DNA of 64,000 nucleotides, taken from positions 96,001 to 160,000 of the forward strand of contig CBDFLE010000006.1 of the NCBI GenBank assembly GCA_965248925.1, in the 5' to 3' direction. A program made the translations under genes and the position numbers. Each line of letters begins with the position of its first letter. Positions within the stretch are counted from its first letter, which is position 1. The DNA comes from Candidatus Multivoradales bacterium. Lineage in GTDB: Bacteria > Acidobacteriota > Thermoanaerobaculia > Multivoradales > J023. The notes beneath the pieces are model-generated. The model did no database searches. It saw only the letters and a program-made list of their open reading frames with translations, and had not been told where the DNA came from. Shown piece by piece: positions 9,555-22,601 of this stretch.

Positions 9555-11360
9555 TCAACCCGCCCGCCCCCGCCTCGCCATCTGCTCACCCAGGTCCCCC
9601 AGAGCGCTCACCGCGCTCTGGCGGTCGTCGTCGGTCAGCTGCTGTTCGCTGTAGGCGGCGCGGACATAGAGGGTGGTCAGCCTACGTGCTGGATCCTCCA
9701 AGAAGCGGAAGCGTTTCTGCACCGTTTGCAGCACATCGTAGGGGGTGTCGCGAGAGTTTCGTGGGTATCCCAGCTGATGGACCACACAGAGCAAGCGACC
9801 ATAGGCGTTGATCACCGCTTCGTTGGGCGGCAAACCGGTCAGCGCCCCAATCCCGGCCAAGGGGTTCGCCGGAGGCTTGCGGGTCTTTCTTTGGCGCCGC
9901 CGCAAGCACCCGAACTTGCCTGCCAACCAGGACCGTAGCCACTTACCGGAACCTCGGCTAGTGAACAACCGCCACAGCCCGAGAATGGCAAAGACCGCCA
10001 ACAACAGAAGGACCGGCACTTTCAACCATTGGCCAAAGCTGGTGAGCCGGCCAATCACTGAGGCGGCAAAGCCACCGCCGCCATCGCCGCTGGAACGCCC
10101 TTCTGATCAAGTTGAGGAATCTGCCGAGGCTCCGGCAGAAGAATCGGCGGATGCAATGTCCCCACTTCGCCGCGGCGAGCCGCCACTGCGCGCCCGGCCA
10201 GTACCGTCGGGTTGACCTCGGCCAACCGTCAACGGACTTCCATCATCAGCTTGCCCCGGCGCTACGCCACTACCGCGGAAGGTGACTCCGGGAAACGCCA
10301 ACATCACCGCCAGCATGATCACCGTCAACACGGCGGCGAGGCCAATCCGCGATGGCACCAGAGCCGCCGAAGGTGGCGCCCCAAAACGCAGCGCCTGGCG
10401 AGCCAAACCAAGACCGGAACCCGCCGCCAAGACTACCCCCGTCGCCAGTAGAAAGATGATCACCGCAGCCAAAGCCCGCTCGCCGATCTCTGGCGGCGCG
10501 CGGAGCAACAGAGGCTCGCCCAGGGCGAAGGCAGCCAACGCCATCAATGCCAACCGAGCCACGCCGGCGGTCGGATTGCCATGGGCATCAGCCGTGGCAG
10601 CAGCGGCGCGGCGGCGGCGCGCGAAGCGGCCCGGCGGACGGCGGCGCTGAGGCGAGAGGTGACGAGTAGGTTGCTGGGCTCGCTTCCTGGCCTCCGTTTG
10701 CAACCGCTCGACGCCATAGAGGCGCTTCCCGCTGGGCGGTGACGGGTCGTCTTCGATCGACATCTGGCGGGTTATACGGCTAGCGAAACGCCAAATGGCG
10801 ATGATGATCGCCAAGTTGATCAGCATTTCCCAACCACCTCTAGATGCGGGCGACCAGGGGGAGACCATCATCACCAAGCCCATTGCGCAGAGCAAGGCCA
10901 AGCTGTAGACCTGCTGCCGGTCGGCATCGCCTCCGGCCTTGCCGCAGCGAGCGATCAGCACCGTGGCGACCGCGAAGCATAGGCCGACCTGCTTCAACGC
11001 TCTGCCGCCATTGAGAAATACCGAGCGCAGGTCGAGTAGGTAGAACAACAGAGCAACGACCATCGCAATGATCGCCGCGGGTACGACTACATGGTGCGAG
11101 AACCAGCCGAAGCCTTCGCTGTCAGCAGCTGTGGCTCGCCTGGATACGGTGGCCTCGACCCTCGCTACTGCAGCCTCCTGTCGGAGCTCGAAAGCACGCT
11201 CGCCACAGCGCCGGCAGATCAACAACGAAGCGGTCACACGCACACAATCGCGGCACAACAGCTCATCGCAACCATCGCAAGACAGCTCCGCCGAACGCTG
11301 CGGGTGGCTCGCGCAAGGCCCGCCGGCAAGCTCCGCCACCGCTGTGGCCACCCTGCTCAC
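9555..11360 (-). pseudogene. Cys-rich N-terminus, multi-TM, DUF4129-like C-terminus membrane protein with an internal in-frame TGA
   Basis: GTG start 11360 after AAGGA. CxxH...CxxC...CxxC...CxxC N-terminus. TGA at 10107-10109 is in frame with ORF 9555-10058 (TPYD...LTTLYVRAAYS). Confidence 0.7.
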
Positions 11361-11370
11361 AGCGTCCTTC

Positions 11371-12717
11371 TCATAGGGCTTGGCACCCCAAACGTCCCAA
11401 ATCGTCTCCGCTAGCCACCGATAGAGTGGCACGCCGAGCGGCATGGGTGCAGGCGGCAGGGCGGCGGCAGCTTCGGCAGAACCGGCAATCCACACCACGG
11501 CGACTTCGAATCCGGACTGACGCAAACCTTCCAGTGCCGCAGCAAGTGCCAGATCGAGCTTCGGAGTGATCACCATCAGCACCAGCGACCGGAGCAGACG
11601 CGGCAGTTCGGCAGTCAGTAGACCCGGCAACGTCATCCCCTCGCTAGGCTCGATCCTGGCCAACGCCAAGCGCAGCCGCTGGCGTTGCCAGGCGCCACTG
11701 GCAGGCTCGATTTCAAGCGGCGGCAACTCGCCGCCGCTGACGCTTTCCACCCACCGCTAACGCCCGATCGAGCCGGCGAAGGGTACCTTCCTGCCAATCC
11801 TCGGCGAAGCTCTCGGCGGCATCGCCGCCGTTGGCCAACAGACCTACCATTTGCTCGCCGGCGAGCACGAACTCGGCCAGCGAAGCCGCGGCGGTCACGG
11901 CCAGCTCGACCCTCGGGTCGGGCAATTCGTCGGCCGGGTCAAAGTCAGGGTAGGCAACCCGTCCCATCTCCATCACCAACAACGCACCATCGAGCACCGC
12001 CGGCTCGAACACCTTGACCTGGAGTTCTCCACTGCGGGCCGTAGCTCGCCAATGCACTCGGCGCAGAGAATCGCCTGGACGGTAGGCTCGGACGCCTTGA
12101 AACCGGGCTGGATCTTCAAAAAGGCCATTGCGGCGCGGCACTTCGTGGATGGGTCGGTGACCCAGTGGCCAACCATCGCCAATCGGTACTACGCGGGGCA
12201 GAACGGTGAGAAATACCGGCCCTCCATCATCTTTGAGGCGTCGTACCAAGCCGAACGGCCCACTCGCTTCGACCACCGCCGGCCCGACTCGGAAAAGCCC
12301 CCGCCGAGTGCTGTGCAAGCGGTAAGAGAGGCTCATTTCGCCAGCCGCTGGGACCGAGGCGAAGCGGGCCGTCGAGCCTTCGACATCGAGCCCTGGCCCA
12401 ACCTGCTCACGCCAGAACAGCCACCAAGCCGGCCAACGCTTGGTATTGGCCAAGACCAGGGCGGCATCGGTCACTCCGCCAAATTCGATCTCATTCGTGG
12501 TCAAGCTCCGACGCAGCTCGATGCCAGCCAAGCTGAACGAGGCCAACGCCACCGCCAGGATCATCAAGCCGGCCGCGGTCAGGGCGGAGACAAGGAAAAA
12601 TCCCGCCGAGAAGATCGACAGCAGGAGACCTAGCAAAGCCACCAGCAAGCCCCAGACCCAGGGCCTACTGATGCCCGCGCCGGCCTCTAGATCGCTCACT
12701 GTTGCTGCTGGGCTCAA
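11371..12717 (-). pseudogene. DUF58 family protein, two frameshifts
   Basis: FQGVRAYRPGDSLRRVHWRATARSGELQVKVFE signature. Frame changes near 11750 and 11418; restored C-terminus VASGDDLGRLGCQAL* ends at 11371. Confidence 0.75.
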
Positions 12718-12742
12718 CTACGGCCCCTACCCAGGTCCATGA

Positions 12743-13530
12743 TCACCTCAGTCTGGGCTGAGCCGCGGCGTCACTCGCGGCGCCGTGGGTGGCCACGACC
12801 GGCATCGGAATACGGCCAAAGACCTCGTCGATCACCTGCCGCGGGCTGCGTTTGGACAGACGGCCTTCGGCGCCGAGAATCACCCGGTGGCAAAGCACCG
12901 CCGGATAGAGCTGCTTGACATCGTCGGGGAGGACAAAATCACGGCCAGCCAGCGCCGTCTTGGCTTGCGCCACTCGGTATAGAGCCTGGCTGGCGCGCGG
13001 CCCGGCGCCGAGTACCAAATCGCGATTACCACGAGTGCCAGCGATGAATCGCACTAGCCAGCGCCGCACTTCGGCATCAACGTGGACTTGGCGGATGCGT
13101 TCCTGCAGCTGGCGGAGAACCAGGGGCGAGAGCACCTGTTGCACCTCTTCGAGCGGCTCGCCGGCAGTCCCTCGCACCAACATCTCCTCTTCAGCCGCGG
13201 CGCTCGGATAGCCCACCGAAAGACGCATCAAAAAGCGGTCGAGCTGCGCCTCAGGCAGTGGGAAGGTGCCTTCGTGCTCGACCGGGTTCTGGGTCGCAAT
13301 GACGAAGAAAGGGGGATCCAGGCGGTAGGTCTTACCCTCGATACTGACCTGACGCTCAGCCATCGATTCGAGTAGCGCCGCTTGCGGCCGCGGCGTCGCC
13401 CGATTGATCTCATCGGCCAGCATGCAGATCACCACCTGCTGCAACACCGGCCGCTTGCCGTAGATTACTTTCTCCAGTTGCTCAACCACCGCCGCGGCGG
13501 CCTCTTTGACCTGCTTCAGACCTTTTCTCG
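12743..13530 (-). pseudogene. MoxR AAA+ ATPase with in-frame deletion of Walker A
   Basis: VIYGK...ICMLA joins directly to DEINRATP. ATQNPVEHEGTFPLPEAQLDRF is present; no GxxGxGKT. Confidence 0.8.
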
Positions 13531-14095
13531 ACTGTTGGTCTTAGCAGTCCGCGCTGCATACCCCGGTCTACGCCCGGACCCGCTCCTACGTCCTTGGCAG
13601 ATCCAGTATCCCCCGCCAGCGCGGTCAACGCTGCAACTCTACGAGATCTTCTTCCGGCATCATCCAACAGACTGTGCAAATTACAAGATCTTGAATCCGA
13701 CGGGACTTCGCCGCCGAACGTCAGCCCTCACGATTCGCCCAGCAGTACAAGAGGGGCCCCAGCTCATCCCCGGAAAGAAGCATTCCAAACTTGCGGGAAA
13801 ACGGACAGACACCCCAAGTCGATTCCGGCACAAAATTTGAACCAGCCCCAGGTCAGAAAAAGATTAGGAATGCTCGCCGGCTCCGGCGAGGGGAAAGCGA
13901 CGCCCAAGGAGAGGCGCCCGACTGCTACTGCCGGGAGCTGCTGGAGTTAGTTCGACTGGCCCGTCTGATCACGGCCAAGGAAGCTCTTGTCAGCCCTGGA
14001 TAGTGAGCCTGGTCGCTGGCCGGCCAGCGGCGCCTCCACCTGCGGATCACGAAAATCTGCGCCCGGATCGCCGCCCTGAGATTACCCGCGCGGGA

Positions 14096-14491
14096 TCAGT
14101 CCGGCGCCAGCATCGAGAGCATCGGCTGCCAGTAGTTCTCGTGCCAGCCTGTTTCGAGATGCTCTCGCTCCGAGTCCGGGAAGCCGGCGTGGTCGAGGGC
14201 AATCTGGGTGCCCTCGCCTTCCTGGGTCAGCTCAAACCGGACAATCGAGTAGACCCCCTGCTCCCAGGTTTTCGCTCGCCACGCCTGCACCAGAAGTACA
14301 CCGGCTATGCCCTCGACGGTGCGGCCAACGATCATGCCGCCGAAGAGGGAGAACCGCCCACCGTTGGCGGGGTCGATATCAGCCGGGGCACCGCCAGCCA
14401 TGGCACTGAACTGACTGGAGTCCATAAGAATGTCGTAAACTCTCGAGGGCGATGCTGGGACGGTGATTTGCTGGAGAATACGGTGTGACAT
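14096..14491 (-). CDS. SRPBCC/AHSA1-domain protein
   Basis: ATG 14491 after CAGGAG. ASPSRVYD...GGRFSLFGG...QAWR...GWHENYW. Confidence 0.88.
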   Translation of the reverse strand: MSHRILQQITVPASPSRVYDILMDSSQFSAMAGGAPADIDPANGGRFSLFGGMIVGRTVEGIAGVLLVQAWRAKTWEQGVYSIVRFELTQEGEGTQIALDHAGFPDSEREHLETGWHENYWQPMLSMLAPD

Positions 14492-14537
14492 CTTCTTACT
14501 CCTGCTGCGGTTGAGCGGCTCTAGGCCAAACCACCGA

Positions 14538-16403
14538 TCAGTCGATCTCGCACATGCAGTGGGCGTAAACCCCGTTAGGATCGTCAAACACTTCGAGCAG
14601 CTCGGCTTCGCGCTCGAGATAGCCAACCATCCGCCGCAGGGAGCTGCTCGGCCGCAGCTGCTGGACTTCGGGCTCGACCCAAGCGACGGCGCGGGCCATC
14701 ATGTCGCCGAGCAAGCGGTCTTTGAAGCTCAGCGCCTTTTCGCGGAAGTCGACCTGGTATTCCTCACCCAGGCCAGCCTTCTCGGCCGCCGAGGCGATGG
14801 CGTCGGACAGGCCACCGAGCTGATCCACCAAGCCTAGACGGTGAGCATCCTCACCACTCCACACCCGGCCACGAGCGATCTTGTCGACCTCTTCGACGGT
14901 CATCCCGCGGGCCTCGGAGACCCGGCTAAGGAATTCGCGATAGCCCTTGTCGATCACCAGCTGGATGATCTCACCCACCCGCGGATCGAGCTCGCGATCG
15001 GGGCGGAATGCGCCGGCCAGCCAGTTGGTGCCAATCCCGTCCACCTTCATGCCGGCGTGCCGTTCGAGGGGTTTCTGGTAAGTCGGCACCATGCTGAAGA
15101 TACCGATCGAGCCGGTGATCGTATTCGGCGCCGCCCAGATCTCGTCGGAAGCGGTGGAGATCCAATAGCCACCGGAAGCCGCTACCGTACCCATCGACAC
15201 CACCACCGGCAAGCCGGCCTGGCGAGCGAGCACGAACTCACGACGGATGATCTCGGAAGCAAAAGCGCTGCCGCCGCCGCTATCGACCCGCAAGACCAGA
15301 GCCTTGACGTCGTCGTCGAGGCGAGCTTTACGGATCAGCCGGGCGGTCGAGTCACCACCGATCGCACCGGGGGGCTGGTTGCCGTTGAGAATCGAGCCCT
15401 TGGCGACGATCACCGCCACCTTGTCACCCTTCTTGCCGCCAAAGCGGCGCGGGCGGTCTTCACCGATCGCTTCCAGGTAGCTATCGAGCGAGATCTGGTG
15501 GAAGCTGAGGCTATCCTCGTCCTCGCCGACCAGCTCGATCATCCGTGCGCGGACCTCGTCGCGAGTGCCGATCTGGTCCACCAAACCGGCCTGCTGCGCC
15601 ATCTCCGCCATATGGCCTTGCGCATCGGTGAGCTGCTGGTTGAGCTGTTCGACCCCATTGCGGATCGCCTCGACGCTGATGCCGCGATGGGCCGCCACGT
15701 CGGCCAGATACGAACGCCACAGATCGCCCAACCAATCCAGGTTGGCCTCGCGCGCCTCATCCGACATGCTGTCGCGCAAGTAGGGCTCGACCGCTGACTT
15801 GTATTCACCGACTTTGAAGACGTTCCAATCCACCTCGAGGCGATCGATAGCCTGCTTGTAGTAGGTCCGGTACCGACCGAAACCCTCCAAGACCACCGTT
15901 CCCATGTGGTGCAGATGCACCTCGTCCGCCAGCGAAGCCAAGTAGTACTGACCACTGCTGTAGCTGTCGGCGGCGGCGATGACCTTCTTGCCGCTAGCCT
16001 TGAAATCCTCAATTGCCGCCCCGAGTTCACCGAGCTTACTCGGACCGACACCACTCATCCCTTCCAGGTGTAAATAGAGAGCCTGAATGCGGTCGTCGTC
16101 CTTGGCCGCCGCCAGGGCGTCCAGTAGATCAGCCAGCAGGGCTTGGGGTTGGTCGCGATCGAGCGCTTTGTCGAGGGCGCGCGAGAAAGAGGTACCGCTG
16201 AGCTGCTCGACGACGTTACCGCTCGGGTTGAAGACCAGCGCCGCTTTCTTCGGCACTTCGGGGCCCTTGTCGCGAGCCAACATCACCAACAAGCCCACGA
16301 GGATCAACACGAACAGAGCGTTGAGAGCCACTCGTCGGGCCAAGTCGAGGCCTCTAAACAGCCCGCGCAGGGCGTTTCCAATCTTGCTATTGCCTTTGCT
16401 CAC
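14538..16403 (-). CDS. sppA: Signal peptide peptidase SppA (67K type)
   Basis: Tandem S49 domains, VGEYKSAVEP, RVDSGGGS, AASGGYW, TGSIGIF. Confidence 0.95.
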   Translation of the reverse strand: MSKGNSKIGNALRGLFRGLDLARRVALNALFVLILVGLLVMLARDKGPEVPKKAALVFNPSGNVVEQLSGTSFSRALDKALDRDQPQALLADLLDALAAAKDDDRIQALYLHLEGMSGVGPSKLGELGAAIEDFKASGKKVIAAADSYSSGQYYLASLADEVHLHHMGTVVLEGFGRYRTYYKQAIDRLEVDWNVFKVGEYKSAVEPYLRDSMSDEAREANLDWLGDLWRSYLADVAAHRGISVEAIRNGVEQLNQQLTDAQGHMAEMAQQAGLVDQIGTRDEVRARMIELVGEDEDSLSFHQISLDSYLEAIGEDRPRRFGGKKGDKVAVIVAKGSILNGNQPPGAIGGDSTARLIRKARLDDDVKALVLRVDSGGGSAFASEIIRREFVLARQAGLPVVVSMGTVAASGGYWISTASDEIWAAPNTITGSIGIFSMVPTYQKPLERHAGMKVDGIGTNWLAGAFRPDRELDPRVGEIIQLVIDKGYREFLSRVSEARGMTVEEVDKIARGRVWSGEDAHRLGLVDQLGGLSDAIASAAEKAGLGEEYQVDFREKALSFKDRLLGDMMARAVAWVEPEVQQLRPSSSLRRMVGYLEREAELLEVFDDPNGVYAHCMCEID

Positions 16404-16757
16404 TACTGATTCTCCTGGGAATTCTGGCGGTCAGAGAGCCCACCGAAACCAGCTCGGATTCAGTGTCCCTTATTTCTATTTCTCGATCACATTTGCCTGG
16501 CTTCACACGCCGGCAGGCTGCTGGCGCGGCCGTAACTCTAACTTACGGTGAACCGCTGGCAAATGTTCTACTCCTCTGACCCGTGAAATGACTGCTTTCT
16601 CCACCCCTCTCAACCCATCTCGACCCGGAGGGAGGTAGCGGTGGCTGGCCTGCACGCCGTGGTGTTGATCACCTCTGGCTAGCAAGGCGGTTCAGGCCGG
16701 CCGACCCGTGGCGGCCTGTTATGCTCCGCCAAGTCTCCCCAGGTCCCGCACCGAATC

Positions 16758-17552
16758 ATGAAGAACTACCTCGACTTGCTGCGCCGAGTGCGCCACCACG
16801 GCACGGCGAAGAGCGACCGCACCGGCACCGGTACGCTGAGCCAATTCGGTTGCCAGATGCGTTTTGACCTCGCCGACGGCTTTCCTCTGCTGACCACCAA
16901 GCGGGTGCACCTGAAATCCGTGCTGCACGAGCTGCTGTGGTTCCTAAGCGGCTCCACCAATCTGGGCTACTTGCGTCAGAATGGGGTCAAGATCTGGGAC
17001 CAGTGGGCCGACGAGGAGGGAGAACTCGGCCCGATCTATGGCTACCAATGGCGTTCTTGGCCCAGCGCTGACGGCGGCCACATCGATCAACTGGCCGAAG
17101 TGGTCGAGCAGATTCGCCGCCAGCCGGATTCGCGGCGCTTGCTGGTCAGCGCCTGGAACGTCGCCGACCTCAGCCGCATGGCGTTGCCGCCTTGCCACAC
17201 CCTATTCCAATTCCACGTCAGCGATGGCCGGCTCTCATTGCAGCTCTACCAACGCAGTGGCGATCTATTTCTCGGCGTGCCGTTCAATATTGTTTCCTAC
17301 TCGGCCCTGTTGCTGATGGTGGCCCAGGTCACCGGTCTCGAAGCCGCTGAATTCATCCACACATTGGGGGATACTCACCTCTACCAAAATCACCTGCGGC
17401 AAGCCGATGAACAACTCGCCCGCACCCCCGGCCCCCTGCCGCGACTGCGCCTGGACCCGGCGATCCGCCGCCTCGACGACTTTCGCTACCAGCACTTCAG
17501 CATCGAAGGTTACGAGCCACAGGCAACAATTCGCGCACCTATAGCGGTATGA
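16758..17552 (+). CDS. thyA: Thymidylate synthase
   Basis: [38 protein letters not shown]. Confidence 0.98.
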   Translation: MKNYLDLLRRVRHHGTAKSDRTGTGTLSQFGCQMRFDLADGFPLLTTKRVHLKSVLHELLWFLSGSTNLGYLRQNGVKIWDQWADEEGELGPIYGYQWRSWPSADGGHIDQLAEVVEQIRRQPDSRRLLVSAWNVADLSRMALPPCHTLFQFHVSDGRLSLQLYQRSGDLFLGVPFNIVSYSALLLMVAQVTGLEAAEFIHTLGDTHLYQNHLRQADEQLARTPGPLPRLRLDPAIRRLDDFRYQHFSIEGYEPQATIRAPIAV

Positions 17553-18178
17553 GCCGACCCGCGAAGCGAGCCCGCGGCAAGCGGCGCATCTCGATGATCG
17601 TAGCCATGGCCCACCAGCGGGTGATCGGTCGCGATGGCGACCTGCCCTGGCATCTGCCCGACGATCTGCGACATTTCAAGGCCACCACCCTGCGCCATCC
17701 GGTGCTGATGGGACGCAAGACTTTCGACTCGATCCTCGGTCGGCTCGGCAAGGCGCTACCGGGGCGGCGCAACCTGGTGCTGAGCCGCGATCCGAGCTAC
17801 CACGCGGCTGGGGCTGAGACTTTCACCACCTTGGACCAAGCGCTGTTGGCGGCCGACTGCGACGGTGAGAGGAAAACCTACAGCAAAGGCAACGACGATA
17901 GGAGCGAACTCTTCGTCATCGGTGGCGCCGAGATTTACCGCCTGGCCCTGCCCTTCGCCGAACGCCTCTTTCTCACCCGCGTCGACGCCACGATCGACGG
18001 CGACACTCGCTTTCCCCGACTCGACGACGACTGGCGGCTGGTCTCGCAAGAGGCTCACCCGGCAGATCCACGCCACGCCTATCCTTTCACTTTCGAGCTC
18101 TGGCAGCGTGAGGCGGCGCAGCCCGCCCCGCCGCTAGGGCCGCCGAGCGAGCAAGATGAACCACAGCGCCGCGGCTGA
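17549..18178 (+). CDS. folA: Dihydrofolate reductase
   Basis: [38 protein letters not shown]; coupled to thyA. Confidence 0.96.
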   Translation: MSRPAKRARGKRRISMIVAMAHQRVIGRDGDLPWHLPDDLRHFKATTLRHPVLMGRKTFDSILGRLGKALPGRRNLVLSRDPSYHAAGAETFTTLDQALLAADCDGERKTYSKGNDDRSELFVIGGAEIYRLALPFAERLFLTRVDATIDGDTRFPRLDDDWRLVSQEAHPADPRHAYPFTFELWQREAAQPAPPLGPPSEQDEPQRRG

Positions 18179-18695
18179 GCCCAGCGTCCAGCGCGGTAGC
18201 AGTCAAGACGCTGCCATCCAGAGCTGTAGCGACCTGCCTGGCACCGCCCTGAGCGATCTACTGCATCGGTTTGGCCTCGACCTCGGCTGGGTCGCCGAGG
18301 GTGCCGAGATTCCCGGTAGCCACTGGGGAGCACCGGAAGCCGGCCTGTTGCGAGGCAAGGTTTGGGTACGCGGCGATACGCCGGTTCACTCCGCTCTGCA
18401 CGAGAGCTGTCACCTGATCTGCATGGACGACCAACGCCGCGCCCAAGTCGACACCGATGCCGGCGGCGAAGACTTCGAGGAAGACGCGGTTTGCTACCTG
18501 CAGATCTTGCTCGCCGACCAACTGCCGACCGTTGGCCGCGATCGCCTGATCGCCGACATGGACGCCTGGGGCTACAGCTTCCGCCTCGGCTCGGCCAGGG
18601 CCTGGTTCGAGCAGGACGCCGAAGAGGCGCGAGCGTGGCTGATCGAGCAACGATTGATCAACCCGGAGGAGACACCAACCTGGCGACTTCGATAG
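18156..18695 (+). CDS. Hypothetical HExxH-motif protein
   Basis: Overlaps the folA end. IPGSHWG, HSALHESCH, MDAWGYSFR. Confidence 0.75.
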   Translation: MNHSAAAEPSVQRGSSQDAAIQSCSDLPGTALSDLLHRFGLDLGWVAEGAEIPGSHWGAPEAGLLRGKVWVRGDTPVHSALHESCHLICMDDQRRAQVDTDAGGEDFEEDAVCYLQILLADQLPTVGRDRLIADMDAWGYSFRLGSARAWFEQDAEEARAWLIEQRLINPEETPTWRLR

Positions 18696-18726
18696 GCTGC
18701 TTTAAACCGACCCTCAAGGAACCGTC

Positions 18727-20121
<1,395 letters not shown>

Positions 20122-20184
20122 GAAGCAGCTGGTAGGATTTCGCTTCGCCAATCCCTAGCAACTTCATAGCTCGGAACGAAAAAG

Positions 20185-22515
20185 ATGTCTCGATCCCTCG
20201 TCCAACGCCTGCTCGACCGCCGCTTTCCCCAGCTGATGGGCCTTTACTTAGGCATCAGTTGGGGCCTGATTGAGGTCGCCGATTGGACCGTCGCGCGCTA
20301 TCTGCTGTCCAAACACTGGGTCGATCTGGTGCTGATCATCGCCGTCACCTTGATTCCCACCGCCGTCCTATTGGCCTGGAACCACGGCAAGGCGGGCCGC
20401 GATCGGGTGCCGCTGATCGAGAAGATCGGCATCCCAATCAATCTGATGTTGACCGCCACCCTGCTGGTCAGCCAGCTGCAGGGCAAACCACTGGGAAGAG
20501 CCGCCGAGAGAGTGCAGATCGTCAACGAGCAGGGGCAGACTGTCGAGAGGCTGATTCCCAAGCAGGGGTTGCGCACCCGCGCCGCGTTGTTCTTCTGGCG
20601 CAACGACAGTGGTGACGAGTCGCTCGACTGGCTGTGCTACGGCTTTCCCAAAATGCTGGAGCGAGATCTGGAACAGGATCTCTTTTTCAGCGGCACCACA
20701 CCCACCAACACCGCATTGCTGACCCGGCTGCGGCGAGCTGGCTTCGCAAACGCCCTCGAGGTCCCGGTGGCCTTGCAGAGCGAACTAGCGAAAGATCATC
20801 GCCGCGCCTTTTTCGTTGACGGCGCATTCGATCGCCAGGGCGATGTCTACCAGCTTCGCGCCACCATCTACAGCACCCAACCGGCGCGGCAAGTGGCCGA
20901 GCACCGCTTGGAGGGTGCCGATCTGCTGAACCTGGTAGATCAGCTGGCGGTCAAGATTAAGCCCGATCTGCGGGTCCAGAAGAGCGGCAATCGGCTATCT
21001 AACGACTTGCCGGTGTCGCAACACATGACCGCCGACGTCGAAGCTGCAAGGCATTTCTTCGCTGGGCTGGTCGCCGAGGATCTCGAAGGCAACTACCAAG
21101 CCGCCGCCGGCTTCTACCGCCAGGCCACCGAAGTCGATCCGACCTTCGCCAGCGCCCAGCTGATGCTGGCCAGCACCTCGCTGCAGATCGGCGACACGGC
21201 AGCCGCCACCACCGCCATCCAGCAGGCCTTGCAACACGACTATCGACTGCCCGAGCGTGACCGCTTCCGAGCTCGTGGTCTGAGCTACAGCTTGAAGCAA
21301 GAAGCGGAGAAGATCGGCCCGCTTTTTGAGCAGTGGACCGAGCTTTACCCGACCGACATCGCTGCCCACGGCAAGCTGGCGAACCACTATGTCCGTGCCA
21401 GCCGCCTGGACGAGGCACTCACCGTCTATCTACGGATTCTCGAGATCGACCCCGCTGCCGACCAAGTGCGCCCTGAGATCGCTCGCCTGCTGAGCGTCCG
21501 TGGCGACCACGGCGGTGCCCTCGCACAGCTAGAGCAACACGCTGCCGACCATCCGGACGACCCCGAGACCCAGCTACACATCGGTCAGCTGCACTGGATC
21601 AGCGGCGAGCTGCCCGAGGCCCGGGCCGCCTTTGAAAAAGCCAGCTTGCTGTCAGAAGACGGTAACTTGCTAGCGCTGACGGCGATCGGCTCGGTCGATC
21701 TGGCAGAGGGCAAGGTCGACGCGGCCCGGCGACGGCTCCAAGCCCTCGCCGGCAGTGCGCGGGATCCCAAAGCGGTAGGGCACTTGCTCAACTTCCGCTT
21801 GACGATCGACATGATGACCGGTCAATACAGCCAGGCGGTCAATGATCTCGATGACTTCTTCGAGGGCGGCAAGCACGGCCTGCCACCGGTGATGACCTTG
21901 CTGCTGCCTTCCGCATTATCGGACCTCTACGTCTACGCTGGCCAGACCGAGCGCGCCCTAGCCAACGTCAGAAAGGTCGAGAGCCTGCCGCCGCCTCTCG
22001 GCGCCGAAGCCCACACCGGCTACCTGAAGCTCTACATGGCCAGCGGCGAGCCCGATCTGCTAGAGCCGCACCTGCAGCCGGTCACCGAACATCTGAAGAA
22101 GTATCAAGCCGACGTCAACCTTTACTTCGTCGAGCAGGCCCGCGGCCGGATGTTGGAACTACGGCAGGACTACGCTGGCGCCACGGCGGCCTTCAGCAAA
22201 GCCATCGAGGTCCACTCGACCAGCATTCTCAAGGGAATGGACTCCCTGATTCCGGTCAGGCTCTACACCTCCCTCGGCCACAACCAACGGCTCGCCGGTG
22301 ACCGCACCGCCAGCCGCGGTAGCTTGAGCGAAGCACTGCACCGCTTCCCCTACCATCCTGAAGCCAATCTAGAGATGGCCAAGCTACTGCGCGACGAAGG
22401 TGATCACCAGCAGGCCCGGCAACATCTCGACCGAGCCCTATTGATGTGGCAAAACGCGGACCCGAACTACCCCCCCGCCAGCGAAGCGCGAGCGCTGGCA
22501 GACGAGCTGCTTTAG
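20185..22515 (+). CDS. Membrane-anchored TolB-like/TPR protein
   Basis: Three N-terminal TMs, FWRNDSGDESLDWL TolB-N-like segment, many TPRs. Confidence 0.8.
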   Translation: MSRSLVQRLLDRRFPQLMGLYLGISWGLIEVADWTVARYLLSKHWVDLVLIIAVTLIPTAVLLAWNHGKAGRDRVPLIEKIGIPINLMLTATLLVSQLQGKPLGRAAERVQIVNEQGQTVERLIPKQGLRTRAALFFWRNDSGDESLDWLCYGFPKMLERDLEQDLFFSGTTPTNTALLTRLRRAGFANALEVPVALQSELAKDHRRAFFVDGAFDRQGDVYQLRATIYSTQPARQVAEHRLEGADLLNLVDQLAVKIKPDLRVQKSGNRLSNDLPVSQHMTADVEAARHFFAGLVAEDLEGNYQAAAGFYRQATEVDPTFASAQLMLASTSLQIGDTAAATTAIQQALQHDYRLPERDRFRARGLSYSLKQEAEKIGPLFEQWTELYPTDIAAHGKLANHYVRASRLDEALTVYLRILEIDPAADQVRPEIARLLSVRGDHGGALAQLEQHAADHPDDPETQLHIGQLHWISGELPEARAAFEKASLLSEDGNLLALTAIGSVDLAEGKVDAARRRLQALAGSARDPKAVGHLLNFRLTIDMMTGQYSQAVNDLDDFFEGGKHGLPPVMTLLLPSALSDLYVYAGQTERALANVRKVESLPPPLGAEAHTGYLKLYMASGEPDLLEPHLQPVTEHLKKYQADVNLYFVEQARGRMLELRQDYAGATAAFSKAIEVHSTSILKGMDSLIPVRLYTSLGHNQRLAGDRTASRGSLSEALHRFPYHPEANLEMAKLLRDEGDHQQARQHLDRALLMWQNADPNYPPASEARALADELL

Positions 22516-22601
22516 GCGTCGGCGAGCGCCCGCGTTTGCGCCCTCCGCTGACTATTCGAGACCCACTCGCCGGTAGCGAATCTCCTGTCGCCCTGGTTGC
22601 A

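Noticed and set aside
10107-10109. Programmed TGA read-through (selenocysteine or recoding)
   Set aside because: It lies in a Ser/Gly-rich linker, the rest of the operon is also broken, and TGA is a normal stop throughout the window.
10107-11750. 547-aa ORF as a real fusion protein
   Set aside because: It is the DUF58 C-terminus joined to the next gene by a frameshift near 11418.
13600-14090. Possible ncRNA or riboswitch between moxR and the SRPBCC gene
   Set aside because: Only short local stems; no recognisable family or convincing ORF.
16420-16750. tRNA fragment or riboswitch upstream of thyA
   Set aside because: CTTCACACG resembles an anticodon loop, but there is no cloverleaf, T-loop or known aptamer consensus.
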